The notes: a model not told the origin generated them from the sequence alone. Shown: positions 17,843 through 27,287, numbered from the stretch's first letter. The stretch: 56,006 nt of DNA from an uncultured Pseudomonadota bacterium (GCA_902551695.1 CACDEI010000004.1:1-56006), one strand, 5' to 3'. A program made the numbers and translations.

Positions 17843-18208
17843 ATGAAATACAAAAAAATGATTTTTCTTTTTTTCTTTTTGATCTCTTATAGCATCACTT
17901 CTCTAGCATCTGAAAAGGAAAAAATGAGTCTAACTAAAGAACGTTTATCAGGGGCAGGCATTCAACCTTCATTAGGCTTAGAAAATATTTTTCTCGAAGG
18001 CACCATATCCTTAATAGAAAAAAATGAAAGGAGGATTGTGATCAGAGACCAATCTATTCTAATTAAATCCCAGACATCTTTTACTAGGGAAAATAGCTCT
18101 GTTCCCCTCTCGTTCCAAGACTTGAAAATTGGCTCTGAAATTAGAGTTGATGTTGCCTATGAAAAAGGTGAATTAACAGCTTCTTCTATCCATCAATTTA
18201 ATGAATAA
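17843..18208 (+). CDS. small exported protein at the pilY2 position (positional call only; OB/DUF5666-like impression)
   Basis: Signal peptide [24 protein letters not shown], 121 aa. Lies between pilY1 and pilE, where P. aeruginosa carries pilY2. Confidence 0.55.
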   Translation: MKYKKMIFLFFFLISYSITSLASEKEKMSLTKERLSGAGIQPSLGLENIFLEGTISLIEKNERRIVIRDQSILIKSQTSFTRENSSVPLSFQDLKIGSEIRVDVAYEKGELTASSIHQFNE

Positions 18209-18261
18209 AAAACAACAAAGCAAAGAAATGATAATAAAAAAGAAAGATCAACGATGCTTCT

Positions 18262-18280
18262 CGACTAGAAATTCTAGTCG
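18262..18280. promoter_or_regulatory. perfect 19-bp palindrome CGACTAGAA-A-TTCTAGTCG ending 1 nt before the pilE ATG
   Basis: Read directly: cgactagaaattctagtcg, with 9-bp arms and a 1-nt centre. Confidence 0.5.
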
Positions 18281-18281
18281 T

Positions 18282-18749
18282 ATGGAGGGCGCAAAATACC
18301 GAGGCTTTACGCTAATAGAACTGATGATAGTTGTTGCTATAGTAGCGATCGTCTTGTCCGTGGCTATCCCAAATTATCAAGCCTATGGAATGCGAACCAA
18401 TAGAAGTGAAGCCATCTCCAATATGTTGGAACTATCGCAATGGATGGAGCGACAATTTACTGTCTTCGGAAGTTACGACGACACTGGCATAGCGGCACCA
18501 CCGATTACAACATCACCTAAGGCTGCTGCTGGCGGTGGGATGACTGTCAACTATCTCTTAAGCAGCATAGCCACACCTATCACGTACACTATCACTGCAA
18601 CGCCACAGGGAAACCAGGCTAATGACACGTGTGGAACCTTAAGTATTGACCAAGCATCGCGAGAGTGTATAACGGGCGGGACAATTTGTAGCGACGATGC
18701 CAACATAGCCAACCGTACTCAAGTCAGACAATGTTTTACTGGGAAATAA
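18282..18749 (+). CDS. pilE: type IVa pilin-like protein PilE (minor pilin)
   Basis: ATG 18282 gives the short leader [35 protein letters not shown]. The ORF-track start at 18201 would give an atypical 35-aa leader. Confidence 0.8.
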   Translation: MEGAKYRGFTLIELMIVVAIVAIVLSVAIPNYQAYGMRTNRSEAISNMLELSQWMERQFTVFGSYDDTGIAAPPITTSPKAAAGGGMTVNYLLSSIATPITYTITATPQGNQANDTCGTLSIDQASRECITGGTICSDDANIANRTQVRQCFTGK

Positions 18750-18771
18750 ATCAACTAGTTTTACCCATTAA

Positions 18772-19542
18772 CTATCTCACACCAAAAACCCAGCCCTCTA
18801 ACCTAACCTGCTGCCTCTCAGGCAAGGTTAATGGAGGATTGAAATAATCAAGAATTGCTCCTCGACGATCCATATCCCTTAACCAAGCAGAAACCACATA
18901 AGCATCTTGCTGATCGGCCGTCCTTTCCTCTCGGTTAAATCGACGCCTAAAAAGTGTCGGAAATACTTCGACAACAACCGATTTATCTTCGGGAACATCA
19001 AATCCGTCAAAAGGCCAAAAATGAGTTTTTGATCTTATCTCAGGATCACTTCTTAGCGCTTTTATCCATGGCAGGCCGGCATGCGTAGACTTAGCAACAG
19101 AACCTTGCACGTCAAAATGAAAAACACTCTTGGCTCCTGAAGCCCAACATTCGCACAATCTGTAATCTGTATTTTTTCCACCTACACTATTTTTTTTACG
19201 GGCAAAATCTACATACATATGATCTCTTTCTGTTTGCCATTCATTCGCAAAATAAGTGAGAAAACCATCCCAAGTTTTTATCCTATATTTCTCAAAATAG
19301 CTTTTGGGAAAAGAAAATCCGTGGTCAATACCAATTATTACATTTGATTTGCCAATCAGTAACTCACTGACATACTTTGCCACTTCCTTACGGCACCAGT
19401 TCTTTGCACCTTTGTCATAAGGTTCAACTCTTTTAGGCACTGAGTTCACTTTCGATTCGTATACCTGCAGTTGGGCCAACCTAGATACCGGAGCTTTTGC
19501 GCCCGAATAATCTATTCCTATATAATACTTGAATGCAGACAC
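18772..19542 (-). CDS. hypothetical protein with RNase H-like fold signatures (DUF429-like, tentative)
   Basis: AGGAG (19550-19554, minus strand), a 7-nt spacer, then GTG 19542 gives MSAFKYYIGIDYSGA. Later IIGIDHGFSFP and DAYVVSAWL acidic motifs, C-terminal EGWVFGV. The ORF-track start at 19572 is less likely. Confidence 0.5.
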   Translation of the reverse strand: MSAFKYYIGIDYSGAKAPVSRLAQLQVYESKVNSVPKRVEPYDKGAKNWCRKEVAKYVSELLIGKSNVIIGIDHGFSFPKSYFEKYRIKTWDGFLTYFANEWQTERDHMYVDFARKKNSVGGKNTDYRLCECWASGAKSVFHFDVQGSVAKSTHAGLPWIKALRSDPEIRSKTHFWPFDGFDVPEDKSVVVEVFPTLFRRRFNREERTADQQDAYVVSAWLRDMDRRGAILDYFNPPLTLPERQQVRLEGWVFGVR

Positions 19543-19565
19543 TAATTTTCTCCTGATATTTGGCT

Positions 19566-20075
19566 CTAACACACCAATCGCACTAGGCGCCCGATATGGG
19601 CATCCACTATCTCAAGGTCTACTAAGGTTCTATCTAACCTCATCAGATAGTCAATGTTCCGCCCACTCTCTCCTTTCGCATTTACAATACGATTAATAAG
19701 CTCACGATCAGTCTCCCTTTCAGAAACCCACTTATTAAAGGGGCGACTTACATAGGTGACCACACTTTTTGAGCCCATTCCTTCTACATCACTCAAAACA
19801 TATTTTCTTTTGTAACCTGCCTTCTCCCGATCATCTAAGTAGCTAAGGGTATCACTCCATTTAGCATCGACAACTCCGTAGGCAACCCCTTCACACACTC
19901 CACCCACTACAGGCACAATCGTGGCAACTCGCCCTGGAAAACTCTCTGTCCCTCTGTGATCTATGGAGGAATGCCAAATCCGCCTCTCCCAGCCAAAAAT
20001 CGAAGCAGCCTTCTTTACCTCAAAATCAAAACCAGGCCTCCAAAGTAGTGAGCCATAACCAAAAATCCATTTCAT
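19566..20075 (-). CDS. chaC: glutathione-specific gamma-glutamylcyclotransferase (ChaC family)
   Basis: MKWIFGYGSLLWRPGFDF..., HRGTESFPGRVATI, GGVCEGVAYGV and DDREKAGY blocks match the ChaC/GGCT core. Confidence 0.8.
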   Translation of the reverse strand: MKWIFGYGSLLWRPGFDFEVKKAASIFGWERRIWHSSIDHRGTESFPGRVATIVPVVGGVCEGVAYGVVDAKWSDTLSYLDDREKAGYKRKYVLSDVEGMGSKSVVTYVSRPFNKWVSERETDRELINRIVNAKGESGRNIDYLMRLDRTLVDLEIVDAHIGRLVRLVC

Positions 20076-20154
20076 TTTTATATTTTAATTGATTTATACA
20101 GAAAAAATACCAAATAAAAACTAATTTTAGGTTAAGGTTGACCGATATGATTGA

Positions 20155-20895
20155 TTGTCTTGTACCAAACGTGGAAAACCAGCTGTGAACATCATTGGGC
20201 ATCGAGGAAGCAACTTTAATGATGGTGAAAACACCCTACGAGCCATAACGAAAGCGCTCAATGATAAGGCCGATGGGATAGAGGTTGATTTACGCGCAGT
20301 CGAGAATAATATCATCATCTTACATGATGAAACCGTGAATAGAACCACAAACGGTAACGGGCATTATAAAAAATTCTCATCAAAATCCATTAGATTTTTA
20401 CGCTGCCTGAATGGCGATAAAATACCGCTACTCCAAGAAATTCTCTGTCTACAAAAACCTATCAAGGAATTAATTCTTGAATTTAAAGAACCCGGGATAG
20501 CAGAAGAAGTATCACAGATATTAGACAGTCACCTTCGATTTACTAGCGGCCAATACAAGAAAAATATTATCGTATCGTCTTTCAATATTGAAATAACGAA
20601 AGAACTTTCGCGTTATCCAGATAAATGGAAATTAGCTATACTTTATAAAGATGATTTTTTTTCCGCCATTCAAAGAGCAAAATTTTACAACGCACAAGAT
20701 GTACATGTTCCTATGAGTGATATTAACAAACACAACATAAAATATGCCCACAAAAACAAGCTTCGCGTCTATGCGTTTACGGTAAATAATTTAAAGGATT
20801 ATGAACTATGTCTAGCCTGTGGGGTAGATGGTATCTTTACTGATAATCCAAAGTATTTTGTCCAACACGCATTGGCAGAAGAGCAAACGAGATGA
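20155..20895 (+). CDS. ugpQ: glycerophosphodiester phosphodiesterase (GDPD family)
   Basis: VNIIGHRGS..GENTLRA and IEVDLR motifs. An in-frame GTG at 20185 (giving MNIIGHRG) is an alternative start. The stop overlaps the glpK ATG (ATGA at 20892-20895). Confidence 0.8.
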   Translation: MSCTKRGKPAVNIIGHRGSNFNDGENTLRAITKALNDKADGIEVDLRAVENNIIILHDETVNRTTNGNGHYKKFSSKSIRFLRCLNGDKIPLLQEILCLQKPIKELILEFKEPGIAEEVSQILDSHLRFTSGQYKKNIIVSSFNIEITKELSRYPDKWKLAILYKDDFFSAIQRAKFYNAQDVHVPMSDINKHNIKYAHKNKLRVYAFTVNNLKDYELCLACGVDGIFTDNPKYFVQHALAEEQTR

Positions 20896-22379
20896 AACAC
20901 ATACTGGCACTAGATTTAGGGACTACTAATGTTCGAGCTGTGCTATTCGATGAAGCGATGCGACCAGTATCAACAGATGAAATGGAGATAAGCGTATTCT
21001 ACCCAAAGTCGGGATGGGTAGAACAAGATCCTGTAGAAATGATCACAAAACAACTACAGGTTGCTAAAAGGGTCGTTGATAAGAGTGGAGTAGCCGAAAC
21101 ATCTATTGCTGGAATCGGTGTAACCAACCAAAGAGAAACAACTATTCTCTGGAACCGCGACACAGGAAGACCCATTGGGAATGCTATTGTTTGGCAAGAT
21201 AGAAGAACCGCAACAATCTGTGAAAAAGTGTCTAAGACAGGCCACGCTCAATTGATTTACAATAGTACAGGGTTAATCTTGGATCCTTATTTCTCAGCAT
21301 CAAAGATTAATTGGCTAATGAGAAACACACCGGGGCTTGAGGAAGAGGCAAAAGCTGGAAAGATTGCTTTTGGAACAGTCGATTCCTGGTTAATCTGGAA
21401 CCTAACCCAAGGTAAAGTTCACTATACAGATCCGACTAATGCCTCTAGAACAATGTTATTTAACATTAAAACATTGGCTTGGGATGATGAATTGCTGAAC
21501 ATTTGGGATGTCCCAAGAGAAATACTTCCTACAGTAAAGCCCTCCACGGGATTTTTCGGAGAAACTTCCTTAATATCTTCAAAAAATATTCCGATTTCAG
21601 GCGTTATGGGTGATCAGCAAGCTGCTTTCTTTGGACAAAGATGTTTTCAGAGGGGCTCAACCAAATGCACATATGGAACCGGATGCTTTACTCTTATAAA
21701 CACAGGTGATGAAGCCAAAACAACATCATCGGGCTTACTAACTACCATCGCATTCAGTGACGGAATTAGCACTGAGTATGCTCTGGAAGCAAGTATATTT
21801 ATGGGAGGTTCTACAGTTCAATGGCTAAGAGATGGTCTAGGGATAATAGATCGCTCGGAAGAAATAGAAGAACTCGCCGAAAAAGTTGAAGATGCAAATG
21901 GGGTGGTATTGGTGCCGGCATTCACAGGTCTTGGCGCTCCTCATTGGGATCCACATGCCCGTGGAATTATCATTGGGCTAACGAGGGACACGAACAAAAA
22001 CCATATTGCTCGATCTGTTTTAGATGCCATAGCATGGCAGGTAAATGACGTCATAGATTTGATGTCGGAAACTGCCGAAATAGAAATAGACTTCATTCGA
22101 GTCGACGGGGGAGCGGTGGAAAATAATCTCCTCATGCAAATTCAAGCTGATTATCTTCAAAGGCCAGTGTATCGCTCTGCTCATAAAGAAACTACAGCCT
22201 TAGGAGCTGCCATGGTCTCCAGTCTTGGTATTAAGCTACATAAGAATAAACAAGAGATCCCTGTAATAGCTTCTGAACCCAAAATATTTAAACCTAAGAT
22301 TACCCAAGCCATGAAAGAGTCAGCTCAAAGCACATGGTATCGCGCAGTTAAAAGATCCCTTTCTTGGGCAATCGATTAA
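20892..22379 (+). CDS. glpK: glycerol kinase
   Basis: 495 aa FGGY kinase: ILALDLGTTNVRAVLFD, GVTNQRETT, VWQDRRTA, GDQQAA. Confidence 0.92.
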   Translation: MKHILALDLGTTNVRAVLFDEAMRPVSTDEMEISVFYPKSGWVEQDPVEMITKQLQVAKRVVDKSGVAETSIAGIGVTNQRETTILWNRDTGRPIGNAIVWQDRRTATICEKVSKTGHAQLIYNSTGLILDPYFSASKINWLMRNTPGLEEEAKAGKIAFGTVDSWLIWNLTQGKVHYTDPTNASRTMLFNIKTLAWDDELLNIWDVPREILPTVKPSTGFFGETSLISSKNIPISGVMGDQQAAFFGQRCFQRGSTKCTYGTGCFTLINTGDEAKTTSSGLLTTIAFSDGISTEYALEASIFMGGSTVQWLRDGLGIIDRSEEIEELAEKVEDANGVVLVPAFTGLGAPHWDPHARGIIIGLTRDTNKNHIARSVLDAIAWQVNDVIDLMSETAEIEIDFIRVDGGAVENNLLMQIQADYLQRPVYRSAHKETTALGAAMVSSLGIKLHKNKQEIPVIASEPKIFKPKITQAMKESAQSTWYRAVKRSLSWAID

Positions 22380-22398
22380 AATAAGCATCGCCCAGAAA

Positions 22399-25300
22399 AT
22401 GAAAAAGGAAACAAATTCATTAAGTGAAGCTAACACCAAAAAGTGGGAATTTTGGTGTGATAGAGGCGGAACATTCACCGATATAATTGGAATAAATCCT
22501 CAAGGTGAAAAGGTCTACAAAAAACTACTCTCTAATAATCCAAAAAACTACACAGATTCGACCGTGGAGGGTATTAGGAGGATTTTAAATATTTCTAGAG
22601 CAGAGAGGTTACCGACCGAGTCAATCGGAAAAATAAAAATCGGCACTACAATAGGCACCAATGCCCTTTTAGAACTCAAGGGGGAGCCCATTGTGCTAGT
22701 TACCACAATGGGTTTCAAAGATGCCTTAAAAATCGGGTATCAAAACCGACCTGACTTATTTTCACTGAAAATAAGACCTAAGAGGATACTCTTTAAGGAA
22801 ATAATAGAAGTCGATGAGAGAATAAATTCTAATGGGGAAATTCTTAGCAGTATCGATGTAAATGCCCTATCTCAAAAACTTAAAGTGACTCGTGAAAAAG
22901 GAATCACTTCTGCTGCTGTTGTATTCATGCATAGTTACTTGAACCCTTCGAACGAGTTACTGGTGGAAAAGATTGCTAAGAAAGTCGGCTTTGAACATAT
23001 CTCACTCTCTCACAAAGTGGCTAAAACAGTCAGGTTCGTATCGAGGGGTGAGACCACATGTGTTGATGCCTATTTAACACCAATTCTTCGTACTTACATT
23101 TCAAAGTTATCGAAAAGGCTGCCCGAGGTTTCGATTGAGTTTATGCAATCACATGGAGGTTTAGTTTCGGCCCATTTATTTAGTGGAAAAAATAGTGTGT
23201 TGTCCGGTCCTGCGGGAGGTGTTGTAGGGACGGCTCGGACCGCGGAGAAAAACAGTAGAAAAAGCGTCATCGGTTTCGATATGGGGGGAACATCTACGGA
23301 TGTATGTCACTATGCTGGGCAATATGAGAGGCAATTCGAAAACGAAGTAAATGGCGTCAAGTTGAACATTCCTATGATGGCAATAGAGACTGTAGCCGCA
23401 GGGGGAGGTTCTGTAGTTGATTTTGATGGAGTTAATATGCGCGTTGGCCCTGAATCAGCCGGTTCAAATCCTGGCCCAGCCTGCTACAAGAAAGGAGGTC
23501 CTCTTACTGTTACCGACTGTAATGTGCTTCTAGGAAAAATACGACCGGGTTATTTTCCAAAAACATTTGGTGTTGACAATAAACAGGAAATAGATACCGC
23601 TGAAGTAATAAAAAAGTTCGAAAGCTTAACAAAAGCTATTAATGACTCAAGCGATACCGATATGAGCAGCGAGGACGTTGCTGAAGGGTTCATTCATATA
23701 GCTGTCTCGAAAATGGCCGATGCTATACGAAAGATATCTACGCAAAAGGGTATAGACTTATCGAATTACGTCCTGAATTGTTTTGGAGGAGCTGCTGGCC
23801 AACACGCTTGTCAGGTAGCGGATGCTTTAGGCATTTCTACTATCCTAATTGATGAGAATGCTAGCCTACTATCTGCTGTTGGTGTGGGCTGTGCGAAAAT
23901 TGCAGAAATAAAAGAAGAGACGATTAACATTCAATTCTCAGAAAACGCGCTCCAACGAACAAGAACACGTGTGCTAGAGGTTAAAAAACAATTATCAAAA
24001 AAATTACTAGAACAAGGAATAGCAGAGGAAAATCAAGAAACGCTAATAAGCTTTAGATTAAAATATGAAGGCACAGACGATTCCTTGGAAGTAACTCTCG
24101 CTAGTTACAGAGAAATGAACTCTCAATTCGAAAAAAAATATAACGAGAGATATGGTTTTCTTGAAAAAGATTCAACAATAATTATCGCCTCTGTATTGGT
24201 AGAGACGATAGGCCAAGAGAACAAAGAGGATGAATCCTTTCCTGTTGAACTCAAAGCTGAGCCCAAAACAATTGGTGAACATAAAGTTTTTTTAGGAGGA
24301 CAAGAAGAAATCATTACGTTTTACTCCGACGAAGCGATTCAGGCTGGAAATAAGCCAATCACAGGACCTCTAGTCGTTATCAATAACACAAACACAATAG
24401 TTGTAGAGCGCGCATGGAGCATTAGAAAAACAAAAGAATGCTGTTTCATTCTCGAAAGAGATCTCGAGAAAAATGTTCAATCACCTAATTCCTATGACAC
24501 CATACAGATAGAGCTTTTCTCGAATCAATTAATGACTATTGCTGATCAAATGGGTATCGTTTTTCAGAAGACTTCGCGCTCTGTCAATATTAAAGAACGT
24601 CTGGACCTGTCTTGCGCAGTGTTTGACGAGAATGGTTGTTTACTGGCAAATGCTCCACATATTCCAGTCCACTTAGGGTCGATGAGCGAAAGCGTTAAGA
24701 ACATAATCAAAGAATTTAGTAGCAAGATGAGTCCAGGAGACGTATATGCAACGAACGATCCCTTTCAGGGAGGAACCCATTTACCTGACGTTACGGTAAT
24801 AACTCCGCTGTTTGTAGATAACCAAAAAAAACCACTATTTTTCCTTGGCTCAAGAGGTCACCATGCCGACATAGGCGGGATCACACCTGGCTCGATGCCG
24901 GCCAATAGTACTCGAATAGAGCAAGAGGGAGTACTTCTCGAAAATATAAAAATAGTCAGCAAGGGGAAATTTCAAGAAGAGTTGATTCGCTCAAGACTCC
25001 TAAACCACCAACATCCCTCTCGAAATATCGATAACAACATAGCCGACCTAAGAGCTTCGGTTGCTGCAAATAAAAAAGGATCCGACCAACTTTTAGCGCT
25101 TGCTAGCGACTACGGCCTCGAACAAGTACGTAAATATACGGAAAAGCTAAAGGAGCAAGGAGAAAAAGCAATCATCCATCTTATAAAATCTCTAGATTCT
25201 GGAAGCTACCAGAAAACCCTTGATAGTGGAGAAAAAATACACGCTAGGATTCTGGTAAATAAGAGCAAGCTATCGATAACAGTCGATTTTTGTGGAACGA

Positions 25301-26031
25301 GCAAACAAACCCAAAATAACCTAAACGCACCAATCGCCATCACTCAAGCTAGCATCCTTTATGTCCTTCGTACCCTCGTGGAGAAAGAAATACCACTTAA
25401 CGAGGGCTGCCTCAGACGAGTTAAAATTAAAGTGCCAACGGACTGCTTCCTTAACCCTAGAGCGCCGGCAGCCGTTGTAGCAGGGAACGTAGAAACGTCT
25501 CAGAATATAGTGGACTGTCTATACGGAGCACTTGATAAGATGGCCTCTTCTCAGGGAACGATGAATAATTTGACTTTTGGTAATGAAAAGTATCAGTACT
25601 ACGAAACAATTTGCGGTGGAACTGGCGCAGGATCAGATTTTGATGGTTGCGATGCAGTTCACAGCCATATGACAAACTCGAGACTAACAGATCCCGAGAT
25701 TCTAGAAATTAGATTTCCCGTAATGATCCAAGATTTCTCAATACGGGTAGGAAGTGGCGGCTCAGGACAATATACTGGGGGAAACGGTGTATCTCGAAAA
25801 ATTTTGTTCCTTGAAAAAATGCAGGTTTCATTACTATCTAGTCATCGATTAAACCCACCTTGTGGAATCAATGGTGGAGATAATGGAACCATTGGAAGTA
25901 ATCGAGTGATCCGTGAGAATGGTAAAATTATAAACCTCAAAGGAATTGATCAGACGAGTTTAGACAAAGGAGATATACTATGGCTAGAGACTCCGGGAGG
26001 AGGAGGCTATGGAACTCCTACAAAGAACTGA
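22399..26031 (+). CDS. fused hydantoinase A/B family enzyme, probable ATP-dependent 5-oxoprolinase (OPLAH/OXP1 type)
   Basis: 1210 aa. N-terminal WEFWCDRGGTFTDIIG (HyuA) and a C-terminal HyuB-type half (GGTHLPDVTVITP, ETPGGGGYG). Length and fusion resemble the eukaryote-type 5-oxoprolinase. Confidence 0.8.
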   Translation: MKKETNSLSEANTKKWEFWCDRGGTFTDIIGINPQGEKVYKKLLSNNPKNYTDSTVEGIRRILNISRAERLPTESIGKIKIGTTIGTNALLELKGEPIVLVTTMGFKDALKIGYQNRPDLFSLKIRPKRILFKEIIEVDERINSNGEILSSIDVNALSQKLKVTREKGITSAAVVFMHSYLNPSNELLVEKIAKKVGFEHISLSHKVAKTVRFVSRGETTCVDAYLTPILRTYISKLSKRLPEVSIEFMQSHGGLVSAHLFSGKNSVLSGPAGGVVGTARTAEKNSRKSVIGFDMGGTSTDVCHYAGQYERQFENEVNGVKLNIPMMAIETVAAGGGSVVDFDGVNMRVGPESAGSNPGPACYKKGGPLTVTDCNVLLGKIRPGYFPKTFGVDNKQEIDTAEVIKKFESLTKAINDSSDTDMSSEDVAEGFIHIAVSKMADAIRKISTQKGIDLSNYVLNCFGGAAGQHACQVADALGISTILIDENASLLSAVGVGCAKIAEIKEETINIQFSENALQRTRTRVLEVKKQLSKKLLEQGIAEENQETLISFRLKYEGTDDSLEVTLASYREMNSQFEKKYNERYGFLEKDSTIIIASVLVETIGQENKEDESFPVELKAEPKTIGEHKVFLGGQEEIITFYSDEAIQAGNKPITGPLVVINNTNTIVVERAWSIRKTKECCFILERDLEKNVQSPNSYDTIQIELFSNQLMTIADQMGIVFQKTSRSVNIKERLDLSCAVFDENGCLLANAPHIPVHLGSMSESVKNIIKEFSSKMSPGDVYATNDPFQGGTHLPDVTVITPLFVDNQKKPLFFLGSRGHHADIGGITPGSMPANSTRIEQEGVLLENIKIVSKGKFQEELIRSRLLNHQHPSRNIDNNIADLRASVAANKKGSDQLLALASDYGLEQVRKYTEKLKEQGEKAIIHLIKSLDSGSYQKTLDSGEKIHARILVNKSKLSITVDFCGTSKQTQNNLNAPIAITQASILYVLRTLVEKEIPLNEGCLRRVKIKVPTDCFLNPRAPAAVVAGNVETSQNIVDCLYGALDKMASSQGTMNNLTFGNEKYQYYETICGGTGAGSDFDGCDAVHSHMTNSRLTDPEILEIRFPVMIQDFSIRVGSGGSGQYTGGNGVSRKILFLEKMQVSLLSSHRLNPPCGINGGDNGTIGSNRVIRENGKIINLKGIDQTSLDKGDILWLETPGGGGYGTPTKN

Positions 26032-26059
26032 ATTTAAACCTTCAAAATCGCCTATCACT

Positions 26060-26425
26060 ATGAGAAAAACAATTTTCGCACCATTCTTCTTATTTTTTTT
26101 TATAGTAACTATACCGAATTTCAGCTTCGCTTGTATGGATGATGGGGATTGCCGTTTGGGAGAAACCTGCTTCAAGAGGGAAAAGCGTGCAAGTGGAATT
26201 TGTTATTCTTCAATTAAAAACCGTTCGGAGGAACCGGTTGAAAGGAAGCCTATCACCGGCGAGATTAGGGATAGAGCAATCAAGTGGTTAGGAGATCCGA
26301 CACAAATAATTGAAGAAAACTTGCCCAACAAAGAGATTAGGGGTACCTGCATTGTGTCTACAGACTGCCCTTCTGGTTTCCAATGTGTTCTTGCCGGTTT
26401 TGAAGGAAAATGTGTGGAATTTTAA
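26060..26425 (+). CDS. small secreted cysteine-rich protein
   Basis: ATG 26060 gives the signal peptide MRKTIFAPFFLFFFIVTIPNFSFA/C. Two Cys modules: CMDDGDCRLGETCFK..GICY and GTCIVSTDCPSGFQCV..GKCVEF. Confidence 0.55.
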   Translation: MRKTIFAPFFLFFFIVTIPNFSFACMDDGDCRLGETCFKREKRASGICYSSIKNRSEEPVERKPITGEIRDRAIKWLGDPTQIIEENLPNKEIRGTCIVSTDCPSGFQCVLAGFEGKCVEF

Positions 26426-26433
26426 GCACTTCT

Positions 26434-27264
26434 TTAAGAGCCCATTTTGCGGTATAGGCGATTCCTACCGGATCCGGTATCCTTAAATTGATCGCTCTCT
26501 TCAAACCCTAATTCTCTTAAAGGCAAATCAAGCCTTTCTTCTTTTCTATCCAGGTTACCTAACTCTACTTCAACCATTATTGATTGCACCTCCGTTAGCG
26601 TTTTCTTTGCTCCCGAGATAATTGCGGGCTCTAACCCGTCCACGTCAATCTTGATATGGGTAGGTGTAGTAATTTTAAAAAGTTCTATGAACTCGTCAAC
26701 CGAGAAACTAATTACAGACTGTGAAAATACAGGCTTCTTTTTGTGACGCTCCTGAAATTCTTTATCGAAGGTACTTCCTCCCGCCCCTTCCGAAACTTGG
26801 TTGAATAGAAGAGTCTCTACTTCTGTTTTTTGGCCTAAAGCCACACAAAAGGGGCTTATTTGTTTGGACAAATTGTTGATACGTATATGTTCAAGAAATA
26901 AACCAAAGCTAAATCCATTAGGTTCAAAAGAGAAAACCTTCAAAGTTGGATTTAACGCGGCGTACAAAGAGTAGACGCCGACCCCAGCACCGATATCAAA
27001 AAAAGTTTGACCGTTCTCAAAACCATCAATCCATTTGAGAGTCTCGGGCTCATCGACAAAGAAGTGCTCAGCAGCACTAGCCGCATGAGGACTTCTGAGT
27101 TTATTCAACAGAAGCTGCCCCTTATTACACTTAATGACACCGTAGGACCGCTCTGATAGACCTTTCATTAATCGCGCAAGAGTCTTACTCTTTTGTCGCG
27201 CACTAGAAAAATAGGTTATAGCATCTACTACAAATTCACTTATACTTGCCAGCTTTCTACTCAT
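26434..27264 (-). CDS. FkbM family methyltransferase
   Basis: FFDIGAGVGVYSLYAA SAM-binding block and an overall FkbM-like layout; 276 aa. Confidence 0.75.
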   Translation of the reverse strand: MSRKLASISEFVVDAITYFSSARQKSKTLARLMKGLSERSYGVIKCNKGQLLLNKLRSPHAASAAEHFFVDEPETLKWIDGFENGQTFFDIGAGVGVYSLYAALNPTLKVFSFEPNGFSFGLFLEHIRINNLSKQISPFCVALGQKTEVETLLFNQVSEGAGGSTFDKEFQERHKKKPVFSQSVISFSVDEFIELFKITTPTHIKIDVDGLEPAIISGAKKTLTEVQSIMVEVELGNLDRKEERLDLPLRELGFEESDQFKDTGSGRNRLYRKMGS

Positions 27265-27287
27265 TACTATAAAACGACTGATATTTA

